Assembly (NCBI GenBank): GCA_963777605.1
Contig: CAVZRV010000009.1
Location: 1-46,621 of the forward strand
Direction of reading: 5' to 3'
Source: an uncultured Acidobacteriota bacterium
GTDB lineage: Bacteria > Acidobacteriota > UBA6911 > RPQK01 > JAPXNP01
DNA: 46,621 bases
Below the pieces are notes generated by a model. It saw only the letters and a list, made by a program, of their open reading frames with translations, made no database searches and was not told the origin of the DNA. Position numbers and translations under genes: made by a program. Of the stretch, positions 1-8,940 are shown piece by piece. The stretch's first letter is position 1, and every line of letters begins with the position of its first letter.

Positions 1-45
1 TGGAGGCGGCGAGCGGATTCGAACCGCTGAATAAAGGTTTTGCAG
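1..45 (-). repeat. att site (duplicated 3' part of tRNA-Cys)
   Basis: tggaggcggcgagcggattcgaaccgctgaataaaggttttgcag is identical to 8907-8951 and diverges just past the anticodon. It may extend left of the window. Confidence 0.95.
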
Positions 46-60
46 CTAGACGGAAACGCT

Positions 61-144
61 CTCCCAATTCCTACCAAAACCTAACCAAATCAACAGTTAC
101 GATCCAGCCAAGACAGATCGGCACCTACCAATTGTTACCAATTC
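61..144. repeat. 10-bp phased direct repeats in the att arm (putative Xis/Int binding sites)
   Basis: ctcccaattc/ctaccaaaac/ctaaccaaat (61-90) and ctaccaattg/ttaccaattc (125-144). Confidence 0.5.
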
Positions 145-208
145 TTCACCCGTGAGAGTGGCGGTGAGCCGGAGGGCGGCAGATTTAAGATGGCCTTTTG
201 GCGTTGGA

Positions 209-385
209 TTATTGCTCCGCTTTTTCGATGATCCCTTGTGCCCGGGAAATCATCTCGCGATTGACGTCCAGGTACTCCTTCCATAAGTCTTCGTCTAGTT
301 TGGATTTTGGCTGAACCGACTGTGCCTTTTCGACGTTGGGCTGGTAATACTCTTCGATCTTTCTCTTGAAAAACTCCGGGGTCGT
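209..385 (-). pseudogene. 5'-truncated hypothetical gene (C-terminal ~58 aa)
   Basis: Protein-like helical sequence PEFFKRKIEEYYQPNVEKAQ...IIEKAEQ* with no plausible start of its own. The upstream frame is antisense to the next fragment. Confidence 0.5.
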
Positions 386-1155
386 CGCAGCCGGTGACCG
401 CCACCGTCCTGCAGACCCGCCCCTCGGAGTTGGTGACCCTGCCTGTCGCCCCGTTTCAGCCTGTGGCCATATCAACCGAATCCGATCACCGGCTCTACTT
501 CGCCCAGTTTGCAGACGGCGAAAGTGCGGTGTCGAGTCAGATCCTGCTCCTCAACCTGAGCGAGGAGAATGAGGCGACGGCTCAGCTCACGTTGAGAGAT
601 GACTCAGGATTCCCACTTCCGGTGGATCTGGGAGGCGAGCCGGTGTCCGGGGAAAAGCAGGTGGAGATCGGCCCAAAAGCCCTTGCTGTGCTGGCAACCG
701 ACGGCTTGGGCGAGCTCCAGAAGGGCTCGATGACGGTGACCTCGGATCAGCCGATCGCCGGAGTCGTCATCTTCTCGGGCCCAACGGTCGGCGCGGCCGG
801 TGTGGGCAACAGCGTCGAGCTCCCGGAGGGATTTGTCGCCCCAATGGAGACGAACGAGTCCAGTGGTATCAATACGGGGGTGGCGGTGATGAACCTGGAG
901 GATGCGGATCAAACTCTCGACGCAGATTTGCTCGACAACTCGGGCCAGAAGTTGGCATCGGCCCAGGTACCACTGGCGGCCCTGGGACATACGGCGCTAT
1001 TCGTGACCGAGATCCCGTGGGATGAGCCGGTCGACTTCAGCGCGTTCGAAGGGCTCCTGCGGATTCGAAGCGAAGGCAGAACGGCAGCGACCGTGATCCA
1101 AACCCGTCTCGGCCAATTTTCCACCATGCCGGTTGCACTGAAACCGGCAGATTGA
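382..1155 (+). pseudogene. 5'-truncated paralogue of the LRR protein C-terminal region
   Basis: SQPVTATVLQTRP...STMPVALKPAD aligns with the end of the 1437-4304 product. It begins mid-domain with no signal peptide. Confidence 0.85.
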
Positions 1156-1436
1156 GATGCGAAGAGTTGCGATATTGACGTGCTTTCAGAGTTACGGACC
1201 CTTGATGGTTTCAAAGATGTGATGGATTCGACGTGTTCCTATCGGAACGCGGAAGTCCTGCCTGGGCTAAGGATTCCTTGTTGAAAATGAACGATATTTG
1301 TAGAGCTTTCATCGGATAGTCAGGGGTGGTTTACAAGCAAGTAACCGTTCACTGGAGCGCATTGCCGTCACACTGCAAAATCGATTCAAAATCAGACGGT
1401 CGGAACTCAAGCAGTCTGGGAGGAGGGGTTGTTACG

Positions 1437-4304
1437 ATGGTCAACCATTGTCGGTTTCTTGGAATTTTCGCGCTGTTATCTACCTTTCTGTTGGCGAACT
1501 CAACGCAGGCGGCGATTCCATCGTCTGAGCGAGAGGCACTACTGGCCTTATACCAAAGTACAAACGGGGATGGCTGGGCCGATCAAACGAACTGGCTGAA
1601 GTCTCCCGGGACCTTCAACGATTCAGGCACCGAATGTTCCTGGTATGGTGTAACGTGTGACTCGGGCGAGACAACGGTAGTCCGATTCGAAGCTTCGGAA
1701 AACGGGCTCGTGGGGCCGCTGCCGTCCGACCTCGCCAAGTTGGTCAACTTGCAGACTCTCGACCTCAATCGGAACGACCTGGGGGGGGAGATTCCGCCCG
1801 AATTGGGCAGTCTAACAAAGCTGGAATACCTGGATCTCAGCCACAACGTACCGACCTTGGTTGGAACCATTCCACCTGAATTCTCTGCTCTCATCTCCCT
1901 TCGAGAGCTTCGCCTGAATTCGAACCGATTGACTGGATCCATTCCGACGGCACTCAGTACACTGAACAGCTTAGAGGTTCTCGATCTCAGCTCCAACCGG
2001 TTGACCGGGCCGGTCCCCGCGGAGCTTGGTGATCTGTCAAAGCTCCAGGTTCTCAACTTGAGTTGGACCCAGGTAAGCGGATTTGTCCCGCCCGAGCTTG
2101 GCACCTTGTCCAACTTGCGAATTCTTGACCTCAATGGCACGAGCATCTCCGGGGCAATCCCGAGGGAGTTGGGAAGCCTGGCGAAACTACAGAAACTCGA
2201 CTTGCATGATAACCAACTGACCGGTTCGGTCCCCCCAGAGTTGGGTAACCTTGGCGAGTTGCAGATTCTCGACCTCCATTACACGGGTATTGGAGGGGAA
2301 ATTCCACCCGAGTTGGGCCAGCTGTCACAGCTGATTCGCTTAAGCATCGGTTCCAACCAGTTGACCGGGTCCATTCCGTCCGAGTTTGTGAACCTGACAA
2401 GCCTGGAGGTCCTCGATCTTTCGTTCAATAGCCTAACGGGAATTCTCCCTCCAGAGCTTGGCGACCTCACAAACCTTCGAAGCATTAACCTGAGTCAGAA
2501 TCAGCTCTCAGGGCCGATTCCCTCCGAGCTTGTCAATTTGGCTAATCTGCAGAAGCTCTTCATAGAATTTAACCAACTGAGCGGGATGGTCCCGCCTGGG
2601 CTAGGCGAGTTGACCCAGTTGACGGCTCTTCAGCTCGGCAACAATCAGCTAACGGGGCGAATTCCGCCTAAGTTGGGCAACTTGGTGGACCTGCAGTACT
2701 TCTACCTGGACAGGAATCAGTTGAACGGCCCGATCCCTGCCGAGCTGGGTAACCTAACCGCCCTGCAGGCTTTCCGGGTTTCCTTCAATCAGCTGGAAGG
2801 GGAAGTTCCCAGGCAATTGATGCAACTGGTGCAGCTGTCTCCGCAAACGGGCCTGGACCTTCGAAACAATCACCTCTTCACGGACAATAATGCATTACGC
2901 CAGTTCCTGAATTCAAGACAATACGGGGGAGAGTGGGAGAGTTCCCAGACACTCGATCAATTCTTTGCTCACTTCGCCGATGGCAGCGGGCTCGCCAGCC
3001 AGGTGGTGCTTTTCAATCTGAACGATGTAGCGGCGGCTACCGGGCAAATCGAGATTCTCAGTGATTCAGGTCAACCGCTGACCGTGACTCTGAACGGAGA
3101 CCCCTTCGACGGCGAAGGCGATCTATTCGTTCCGGCAAAGCAACTCTTGAGCTTGCGGACGAGCGGAGTCGGAACGGTCCGGACGGGGTCGGTCCGAGTC
3201 ACGACGGACCGGCACGTGGAAGGGGTCGTGATCTTTGGTGGAGCGACGGGACTAGCCGGAGTCGGCAGCAGTCCCGCGTTTTCGACGGGTTTTGCCGCCC
3301 CGGTGGAACGAAACATCAGCCGCGGGATCAACACGGGAATCGCTGTCACGGCTCTCGGCGATGCCGCGCCCGTCCTAGAACTGACGCTGCTGAACGCCAT
3401 TGGAAACACGATGGCGCATGCCAGCCAAGATCTGGTATCACAGGGGCACGCCGCCTTCTTCCTGACGGAAATCAACTGGGACGCAGCCGTCGATCTTTCC
3501 GATTTTCAGGGAACGCTGGCGGTGACGGCATCCCAACCCGTCACTGCGACAGTGCTTCAGACCCGCCCCGGAGAATTCGTCACACTTCCCGTGACTGCTC
3601 TGCAGCCGGATTCGTCCAACGGGGCGGCTGAGGATTACCGGCTTTACTTCTCGCAATTCGCGGACGGTGGCGGAGCGGTGGCAAGCCAGATTCTCCTTCT
3701 GAACCCGAGCGACACGGAGTCGGCGACCGCCGAGATTACGCTCCGAGGGGATTCGGGTGAACTGTTGACCGTGGACCTTGGAGGAGAACCTGTCCCCGGA
3801 ACGAGACAGCTCGAAGTCGGCCCTCGGGCATTGGCGGTCCTGGCAACCGACGGCTTGAGTGAGTTACAGAAGGGTTCAGTGACCGTGACTTCGGATCAGC
3901 CGATCGCCGGAGTTGTTATTTTCTCGGGCCCGACGGTCGGCGCCGCAGGCGTCGGCAACAGCGTCGAGCTCCCGGAGGGATTTGTCGCCCCCATGGAAAC
4001 GACCGAGTCCAGTGGCATCAATACTGGGGTGGCAGTGATGAACCTGGAGGATGCGGATCAAACTCTCGACGCAGATTTGCTCGACAGCTCGGGCCAGAAG
4101 TTGGCATCGGCCCAGGTGCCGCTGGCAGCCCTGGGACATACGGCGCTATTCGTGACCGAAATACCGTGGGATGAGCCGGTCGACTTCAGCCATTTCGAAG
4201 GGCTCTTGAGAATTCGAAGCGAAGGCAGAACGGCGGCGACTGTGATCCAGACCCGTCCCGGCAAATTTGCCACCATGCCGGTTGCACCGAATCCGAAGGA
4301 TTAG
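1437..4304 (+). CDS. Secreted plant-type LRR protein with two tandem ~220-aa C-terminal domains
   Basis: GGAGG RBS before ATG 1437; signal peptide ending TQA; N-cap EREALLAL...CSWYGVTC; 16 repeats of LxxLxLxxNxLxGxIPxxLGxLxx; two FADG-starting domains. Confidence 0.93.
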   Translation: MVNHCRFLGIFALLSTFLLANSTQAAIPSSEREALLALYQSTNGDGWADQTNWLKSPGTFNDSGTECSWYGVTCDSGETTVVRFEASENGLVGPLPSDLAKLVNLQTLDLNRNDLGGEIPPELGSLTKLEYLDLSHNVPTLVGTIPPEFSALISLRELRLNSNRLTGSIPTALSTLNSLEVLDLSSNRLTGPVPAELGDLSKLQVLNLSWTQVSGFVPPELGTLSNLRILDLNGTSISGAIPRELGSLAKLQKLDLHDNQLTGSVPPELGNLGELQILDLHYTGIGGEIPPELGQLSQLIRLSIGSNQLTGSIPSEFVNLTSLEVLDLSFNSLTGILPPELGDLTNLRSINLSQNQLSGPIPSELVNLANLQKLFIEFNQLSGMVPPGLGELTQLTALQLGNNQLTGRIPPKLGNLVDLQYFYLDRNQLNGPIPAELGNLTALQAFRVSFNQLEGEVPRQLMQLVQLSPQTGLDLRNNHLFTDNNALRQFLNSRQYGGEWESSQTLDQFFAHFADGSGLASQVVLFNLNDVAAATGQIEILSDSGQPLTVTLNGDPFDGEGDLFVPAKQLLSLRTSGVGTVRTGSVRVTTDRHVEGVVIFGGATGLAGVGSSPAFSTGFAAPVERNISRGINTGIAVTALGDAAPVLELTLLNAIGNTMAHASQDLVSQGHAAFFLTEINWDAAVDLSDFQGTLAVTASQPVTATVLQTRPGEFVTLPVTALQPDSSNGAAEDYRLYFSQFADGGGAVASQILLLNPSDTESATAEITLRGDSGELLTVDLGGEPVPGTRQLEVGPRALAVLATDGLSELQKGSVTVTSDQPIAGVVIFSGPTVGAAGVGNSVELPEGFVAPMETTESSGINTGVAVMNLEDADQTLDADLLDSSGQKLASAQVPLAALGHTALFVTEIPWDEPVDFSHFEGLLRIRSEGRTAATVIQTRPGKFATMPVAPNPKD

Positions 4305-4417
4305 GTTGAAGCAGTTCATGTTGGAGTACCTAGACCAACAAGGTCAGCTCACAGCCGGAGTGAGGGCCGCTCGCTCAAGACATTTCTTCGCCACCAAATC
4401 CTTGTTACGTTAACAGG

Positions 4418-5221
4418 GTGGTAATCGACGGACAAGATCCCAACCTCGACTCGTTTTGGAAGAAATTTGAGCCTCACGCCCGGGAGGCGCTTCTTGGGCT
4501 CGCTGAGGACCTCCCGAGGATCTTGGAGTTCTGTTTTGAGCCTTTCCCCGAAGAATCGACAATCGTGGCGAAGGGAATACTGGACTACCGGGACTGGCTG
4601 TCTCAATACCGTGAATTCGAGATCGTGGGAGACTTCACCAGCCTACTCCTTCCGGGGGGCCTCGATGCGTTTGTTGAGCGCCTGCGACCAGTGGCCGACA
4701 GCGATCAAGGAGCTGCCCAGGTTGCGGTTGTAATGAAATTCACCCTTCGCTTCGTGATGTTGGGACTTGGCCAACCGTCCGCGCTTCTTCGCCGGATCGA
4801 GTGTGGTGAGGATGAGGCAATTTTCGATTTTGCCAGGGTTGACCGGACAATTCTGAACCATCCAGCAGTTCAGAAGAGGATCAGAGCAGCCACTCTTTCA
4901 GGGGACAAGGAATTCTTCAGAAAGCTTGCGAGATCGTTGCAGTTTGACTCAACCCGGTTCCCACCGGAGCGCCTTCGGCAGACCTACCTAACGGCGATTG
5001 CCCTTTTTGCCAGGGAAAAGCCGACGATTAATGAGCTGTTAGTGGCGCTGGACCATGTTTTTGGGCTGTATGACTACCCCGATACCGTCAGGCGAGCCTG
5101 GAACCGCCTCGGGCTTCATACCCAAATCTTGCCCAGTTTTCCGAGATGCCTACAGAGGAATCCGCCGGAGGTTAACCGAGCAAGGACGAGTAGGACAGTG
5201 CTCGATCGAGTACTGTCCTAG
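4418..5221 (+). CDS. Hypothetical protein of the mobile element (start uncertain)
   Basis: 267-aa ORF, helical composition, co-oriented with backbone genes. Confidence 0.7.
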   Translation: MVIDGQDPNLDSFWKKFEPHAREALLGLAEDLPRILEFCFEPFPEESTIVAKGILDYRDWLSQYREFEIVGDFTSLLLPGGLDAFVERLRPVADSDQGAAQVAVVMKFTLRFVMLGLGQPSALLRRIECGEDEAIFDFARVDRTILNHPAVQKRIRAATLSGDKEFFRKLARSLQFDSTRFPPERLRQTYLTAIALFAREKPTINELLVALDHVFGLYDYPDTVRRAWNRLGLHTQILPSFPRCLQRNPPEVNRARTSRTVLDRVLS

Positions 5222-5376
5222 ACAGCTGCTTTTCTTTGTGTACTGGGATCACGGAACCCTCCTTTTCATAAAACCTTACGAGATTTCTCCCGGAGATCTA
5301 CCTCCCCGCTTTGGGACAGATCGCGATGCCGCGCTGTCCTGGACATGCCGTGGGAAAATTCTCGTAGGACTTAAAT

Positions 5377-5703
5377 ATGAAAAACAAGATTGATTGCTTC
5401 CTGTGTGGTGACTCGTTATCGATTCGCACGACGTGCAAGGGGAAACCGTACCTTGTCTGTGATGAATGCGGAATTCAAATTTTCGTGCGCTATGAGACCG
5501 GGATTCGGAGGCTTACGGGACTCCAAAATAGGCAGGTTCGGCTCTCAGATCGCAAGTATGTCGTCTGCTGCGCGTGCGACGTCGCTGTCCGGAGAACCCG
5601 CAAGAAGATTGAAAACCGCATCATGGGGCCGGCAGGCATCTTCTGCCCCGTCTGCGATGAGCTGCTCTTGGAAGCACCGGAGGGAATGAAGGCAACAAGT
5701 TGA
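5377..5703 (+). CDS. Small double zinc-ribbon protein
   Basis: CFLC, CDEC, CCAC and CPVC motifs in 108 aa; AGGA upstream of ATG. Confidence 0.75.
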   Translation: MKNKIDCFLCGDSLSIRTTCKGKPYLVCDECGIQIFVRYETGIRRLTGLQNRQVRLSDRKYVVCCACDVAVRRTRKKIENRIMGPAGIFCPVCDELLLEAPEGMKATS

Positions 5704-5710
5704 GAAGGGC

Positions 5711-5992
5711 CTCCTGGAGGGCTGCCACCCTCCAGGAGTGATGCCGAAAAATACTATGGACTACAAACCGTTTCGGCAGGTCAATTATACCTGCTACTGC
5801 AAGAACTGTCTCCCGCAGCGGGCATTCACGGATGCACCGCTTCGAAATTCACGATCTCCGCCGGAGTTTCACAAGTTCTCCGGCTGAGCGGCCATACCCC
5901 ATTGGGGTGGTCGAGGTCGGGCGCTTGGGTCCCGCGGCCCGCCTTCGGGCGGGTCGGGGGATCGCCCGGCCTCAAAACTTGGCGCCAGCCCC
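5711..5992. other. Hairpin array (candidate single-strand origin, oriT/dso or structured RNA)
   Basis: Inverted repeats at 5711-5738 (11 bp perfect), 5742-5778, 5776-5794, 5856-5888, 5890-5912 and a long stem 5913-5973 capped by cTTCGg. Confidence 0.55.
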
Positions 5993-6048
5993 TATCTTCC
6001 CAGGTTACTACTTCGCGAATTGTGAATATCCACTATGAGGTTTCTAAG

Positions 6049-6435
6049 ATGAGAATTAGTACAAATTTGTCCACCTACAAGGCCCCGGAGTTTGAGTCTG
6101 TTCAGCCCGGAGTCTATACCGCCGAAATCGTTGACGTGCAGCCCCAGAGGGCGTCAACGGGGACCAGCATGCTCAACGTCGAGTTTGAGATCGTCGGCCC
6201 CTCTGAGAAGGGACGGCACGTCTGGGCTGGCGTGTTCCTCACCGATAAGGCCCGCTGGAAGCTCGCGGCGCTGCTCAATGCCGTGAATGTGGGCTTGGTC
6301 GATGAGCTGGACACGGCGGAGCTGGTGGGCCGTAGGCTCCGCATCCGGGTCAAGGAGGTTGACGGAGAGGGGCAGCTCCGCACGGAGGCGGTCGCTTTTC
6401 GCAAGCTCCCGGATTCCACGATCACCCCTTTCTAA
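6049..6435 (+). CDS. DUF669-family / phage SSB-like protein
   Basis: FESVQPGVYTAEIVDV...STGTSMLNVEFEI...GRHVW pattern; SSB-like C-terminal PF; GAGG before ATG 6049. Confidence 0.75.
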   Translation: MRISTNLSTYKAPEFESVQPGVYTAEIVDVQPQRASTGTSMLNVEFEIVGPSEKGRHVWAGVFLTDKARWKLAALLNAVNVGLVDELDTAELVGRRLRIRVKEVDGEGQLRTEAVAFRKLPDSTITPF

Positions 6436-6447
6436 CGGTGTCGGGAA

Positions 6448-6480
6448 GGGAAGCAGGGTGATTGTATCACCCTGCTTCCC
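6448..6480. other. Perfect 15-bp inverted repeat upstream of rep
   Basis: gggaagcagggtgat-tgt-atcaccctgcttccc; no U-tract on either side. Confidence 0.7.
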
Positions 6481-6508
6481 GCGTCACACAATGAAGGATT
6501 GGTAAGAA

Positions 6509-7471
6509 ATGGGAGTCGACAAGCTCCGGCTGATTACGGATAACCCGCCCTGGCCGGAATTCATCGAATCGGTCAACCAGGACATGGCCTTGCCCTCGGG
6601 CTTTCGGGACAAGCGGGTCTATGAGGTTCGGTTTCGAAATCCCCTTGAAGAGCGGCTGGAGATGGCCACCAAGGCCACCATCACCACGAGGAAGGGTATA
6701 GAGCCGTTCTTCTTCCTCCAGATGAACAGCTCCGTACCGGGGCAGGGCTCACGGACCATCCTAGAGCTAAATCCCAATAAGCTCCCCGAGGGGCTCCGGA
6801 CCCTGAGAGGGCTAATAGCCCAGGTCTGGGGGCCTGACCATGAAGATTTCAGGATCACGCGCATCGACCTCAACGGTGAGCTGGATGCGCCGATAGACAC
6901 CCTCAGAGAGCTCGTACGGGTCCCACGCAAGCGCAAGGGTACCGAGTACCAGGATCAGCGCGGCACCACGCTACAGGTCTATAACGGCGCGGGGACGACG
7001 GGGTTCAGGATCGGCGCGCCACCCGCCTTTCTGCGTGTTTACGACAAGCGGGAGGAGTACCGGCGGGCAGGCCGAGACCTCGGGGACATTCCGGCCACAT
7101 TGAGCCGTTTTGAGTGGCAGCTGCAACACAACCGGGTGCCGGTTCGCTATCTCTCTGAGCTGCCCGAGTTGGAAGCCCTGGAGCCCTTCTCCTCGATTCA
7201 GTTCCTCGAACGATCGACGAGCCTCGATTTCAAGGGGGACCCCATCGGATCGCAAAAACGTATTTTGCTCCGCGAATTGTCGTTACGTTATGGCGCGCAG
7301 GCCGCCATCCGTATCTTGAACCGTCAACGAAATTTCTGGCGCGGGTATCGTGATCAGATCGTCCATGCCACGGATTTTGCACGTCGGCTCCAGGAGTCCT
7401 ACCTCGAAGGGGTCCGACGCTTCTTCAATAACGAGCCGGTGGAGTGGTGTCTCGCGGCTGAGTCGGAGTGA
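6509..7471 (+). CDS. Rep_trans-like (pT181/MOBT-type) replication initiator or relaxase
   Basis: Ordered motifs VDKL, LELNPNK, ITRIDL, FRIG..FLRVYDK and SRFEWQL resemble pT181 Rep motifs (IEFNPNK, TRLDLAFD, YFG..IRIYNK, WRVEIEL). Confidence 0.72.
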   Translation: MGVDKLRLITDNPPWPEFIESVNQDMALPSGFRDKRVYEVRFRNPLEERLEMATKATITTRKGIEPFFFLQMNSSVPGQGSRTILELNPNKLPEGLRTLRGLIAQVWGPDHEDFRITRIDLNGELDAPIDTLRELVRVPRKRKGTEYQDQRGTTLQVYNGAGTTGFRIGAPPAFLRVYDKREEYRRAGRDLGDIPATLSRFEWQLQHNRVPVRYLSELPELEALEPFSSIQFLERSTSLDFKGDPIGSQKRILLRELSLRYGAQAAIRILNRQRNFWRGYRDQIVHATDFARRLQESYLEGVRRFFNNEPVEWCLAAESE

Positions 7472-7477
7472 ATAGTG

Positions 7478-7777
7478 ATGTCTCAGAAACCGGTGATCAT
7501 TCAAGTAGTCGAGGTTCCCGAGCAGGCCGCTTTCACGGTTTCACGTGCCGCACGTTATCTCGGGATGTCGGTCAACACCCTTCGTAAACGTGCCGACGAA
7601 GGGCTGATCATGGCCAGACGTGATGTCTCAAACAACCGGGTGTTTTTGAAACGTGACCTGGATATGTACCTGGAATCGTTGCCGATCGACAACGTAACGG
7701 GGTACCCTCGTTCGAGTGCCGATCTGTCGACGCTGGACGCGACGAGAAAGGAGGCCGACGATGAGCGTCCGGTATGA
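7478..7777 (+). CDS. Excisionase-like HTH protein
   Basis: FTVSRAARYLGMSVNTLRKRADEGLI...RVFLKRDLD (HTH_17/MerR-like); overlaps the integrase start. Confidence 0.85.
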   Translation: MSQKPVIIQVVEVPEQAAFTVSRAARYLGMSVNTLRKRADEGLIMARRDVSNNRVFLKRDLDMYLESLPIDNVTGYPRSSADLSTLDATRKEADDERPV

Positions 7778-8940
7778 GACAGACAAGCCAGGAAGACGAA
7801 TACTCGTTGTCGACCAAACGTGGCCTGACGGTAAACGCTACCGTCGTCAAATGCCCAATAAGAAGGTGGCCGAACAAGTGGACGCCAGAATCACGGCAGC
7901 CAAGTTAACTGGAACGTGGAAGGAACTGCGCGAGGAGATCGAATATGGGATTAAACCGATTCCCACGATCGCCCAATATGCGGAACGCTACCTGGAGACT
8001 TACTGCCGGGTCCACAACAAGCCCAACAGCTGCAAGCGGAAGAAGCAGAGCTTCAAGCGGATGAACCGCTCATATCGGAAAGCTTCGACTCACTGAAATG
8101 GACCGAAGGCACCTCAATAACCTCCAGTTGGCCCGGATCAAGGACGGGGTGAAGGGCGCCACGATCAACCGTGACATCACCACCCTTCAACACCTCTTCG
8201 AGTTCGCCTGTGATGAGGGGATTCTCAAGGCCAACCCGATTCGCCGGAACAAGAAGCTCAAGGAGATCCGGGAGGAACGTCCCCGCGTCACCCAGGAGCA
8301 CATTGAGGCGATCATCGAGCACCTGGCGTTTCCCATCAATCAGGTGGTCCGGTTCATTTGGGAGACGGGCTGCCGCCCGAGTGAAGCTCTGGCACTCAAG
8401 CACGAAAGTGTGGATGCTGAGCGACAGTTTGCCATCTTCAACTGTCGAAAGGCTGGGGATAATGCCCTGGTGGCATTGACCACGAGAGCCGTGAAAGCGA
8501 TTCAGGCCGTGCCCAAGCTTCCAGGCTGCCCGTACGTGTTCTGGAACCCCAAGACCCAGACCTGGTACGAGAGGATCAACAAAACGTTCCAGCGGGCACG
8601 AAAGAAGGCCAGGCTCGAATGGGTCCAGCTGAAGGACTTTCGAAGTGCACTCGGGATCTACCTGGCCGAAAGCGGCGAGCCGCTGCATGTGGTCCAGCGT
8701 CAGCTTGGTCATTCATCGATCCGGACCACGGAAGTGCACTATGCGCATCACTCTCCGGAGTTTGCCATGCATCGAGCCCGTGCGGTGCTCGAAAAGCGTG
8801 GGAGGCAGGATGGCGAAGACGAGGAAAAATCGGAAAGCCGGAAATCAAAATCGGCGAATCCGAAAAACCTCAAGTGGTTGATTTTCAACAGTTTAGAGAA
8901 GGTGGTTGGAGGCGGCGAGCGGATTCGAACCGCTGAATAA
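7761..8940 (+). CDS. int: Tyrosine integrase (apparent extra base at ~8065, probably a sequencing error)
   Basis: N-terminal part 7761-8096 and catalytic part 8098-8940 with TGCRPSE, RK, LKDFR, LGHSS, TTEVHY. Removing one C in aaccgct joins the frames. Confidence 0.9.
8871..8883 (-). promoter_or_regulatory. IHF consensus site in the att arm
   Basis: Reverse complement AATCAAccacTTG matches WATCAANNNNTTR, ~25 bp from the att core. Confidence 0.5.

Noticed and set aside
690-4290. Repeat pair as DGR template/variable regions
   Set aside because: Differences are mostly synonymous and not adenine-specific, and no reverse transcriptase is present
8050-8100. Programmed frameshift or true inactivation of the integrase
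   Set aside because: No slippery heptamer is evident and similar indels occur across the window
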